IMG/VR virus record: IMGVR_UViG_3300034161_000008
Location: 64,001 to 128,000 of that record
Strand: one strand, 5' to 3'
Origin: a virus
Lineage: Duplodnaviria > Caudoviricetes
Length of the DNA stretch: 64,000 bases
Below the pieces are notes generated by a model. That model was not told the origin of the DNA. It was given only the letters and a program-made list of their open reading frames with translations, and did no database searches. Made by a program: the position numbers and the translations under genes. Positions 63,304-64,000 of this stretch are shown here, one piece after another; position 1 is the first letter of the stretch; each line of letters begins with the position of its first letter.

Positions 63304-63752
63304 GCTTTGCTCCCTGTTACGGCTTTCATTGTTTCGCGACGTTGTTTTGCGGTGAGGTCTGACAACAACTTAGGGTCGACCTTCATCTTGAGTACAGTAG
63401 CTCCGGTTGGGGATTTACCCGTACCTGCTTCTGTAGCGCCCAACTGCGTGGTCCAGAACTGAACCTCTGCGGCTACGGCGTTGTGGAATCGCAACAACCA
63501 CGCATCACTGATCGGACGGGTGTTGTGATTGCGGCGTTGGATGATGACGATGAAGAAATCATCCGAGTGGATCAGGTCGTCATTGCAACGAAACAGACGA
63601 CCTTTGAACAGATCGTTTACGTGGAACGGATATTCTTGAACCATCCCGTTAGCAGGACGGCCTTCGAACTCAGCGATGGAGTTGAGGTAGGTTTGCAGGT
63701 TTGCAACACTAGGCTCCTCCAGTTCATCGTACACAGCGAATGTTACAGCCAT
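63300..63752 (-). CDS. Hypothetical protein
   Basis: Start re-called at MAVTFAV to avoid overlap; ATGA coupling downstream. Confidence 0.7.
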   Translation of the reverse strand: MAVTFAVYDELEEPSVANLQTYLNSIAEFEGRPANGMVQEYPFHVNDLFKGRLFRCNDDLIHSDDFFIVIIQRRNHNTRPISDAWLLRFHNAVAAEVQFWTTQLGATEAGTGKSPTGATVLKMKVDPKLLSDLTAKQRRETMKAVTGSKA

Positions 63753-63762
63753 CTTTGAACCC

Positions 63763-63993
63763 TCAGTGAATGACAGGCCAGACCAACGAGAACCACTTTT
63801 CGTCAGCCGGGGTCTTGAGTATGGAACCGTCATCAAGTTGGAATGTGATACCAATCGAGCGGTAAAGATCGATCAGCGCATTGGGTGCAGCAACGCCCCA
63901 CTGCTCCCCGTATTTCAATTCGTTGTGCAGCCCTTTTGTAACGGTGACAAAGTGAGGGATCAAAGACTGTAGAAAGTCATGTCCTTTATCCAT
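63763..63993 (-). CDS. Small hypothetical protein
   Basis: Fills the gap at the window end; purine-rich RBS-like sequence upstream. Confidence 0.55.
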   Translation of the reverse strand: MDKGHDFLQSLIPHFVTVTKGLHNELKYGEQWGVAAPNALIDLYRSIGITFQLDDGSILKTPADEKWFSLVWPVIH

Positions 63994-64000
63994 CTCTTCC

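Overview
This window is a 64-kb segment of a phiKZ-like (Chimalliviridae-type) jumbo myophage genome. A Pseudomonas-like host is inferred from codon usage and the proteobacterial-type dCTP deaminase. About 1-47.9 kb carries recognisable core genes: virion and non-virion RNAP beta-type subunits, UvsX/RecA, RNase H, SbcC, RuvC, DnaB, major capsid, portal, baseplate/spike proteins, two repeat-built tail fibres and a GH108 endolysin with spanins. About 48-64 kb is a single-strand accessory region of small hypotheticals, dCTP deaminase, an orphan TAXI-type periplasmic binding protein and an HslV-like peptidase. The most notable observations are: (i) a recurrent intergenic CATA-hairpin-TATG element (about 13 copies), many lacking a U-tract and carrying the phiKZ late-promoter tetramer; (ii) a tandem array of 6-7 paralogous unknown proteins; (iii) a T-even gp38-like polyglycine adhesin behind the tail fibres; (iv) an apparent second spanin pair; and (v) RMF-like, LigA-Ia-like and CYTH proteins. 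No tRNA, rRNA or CRISPR array was seen. Family and phiKZ gp-number assignments are from motif recognition and recalled gene order, not from database searches.
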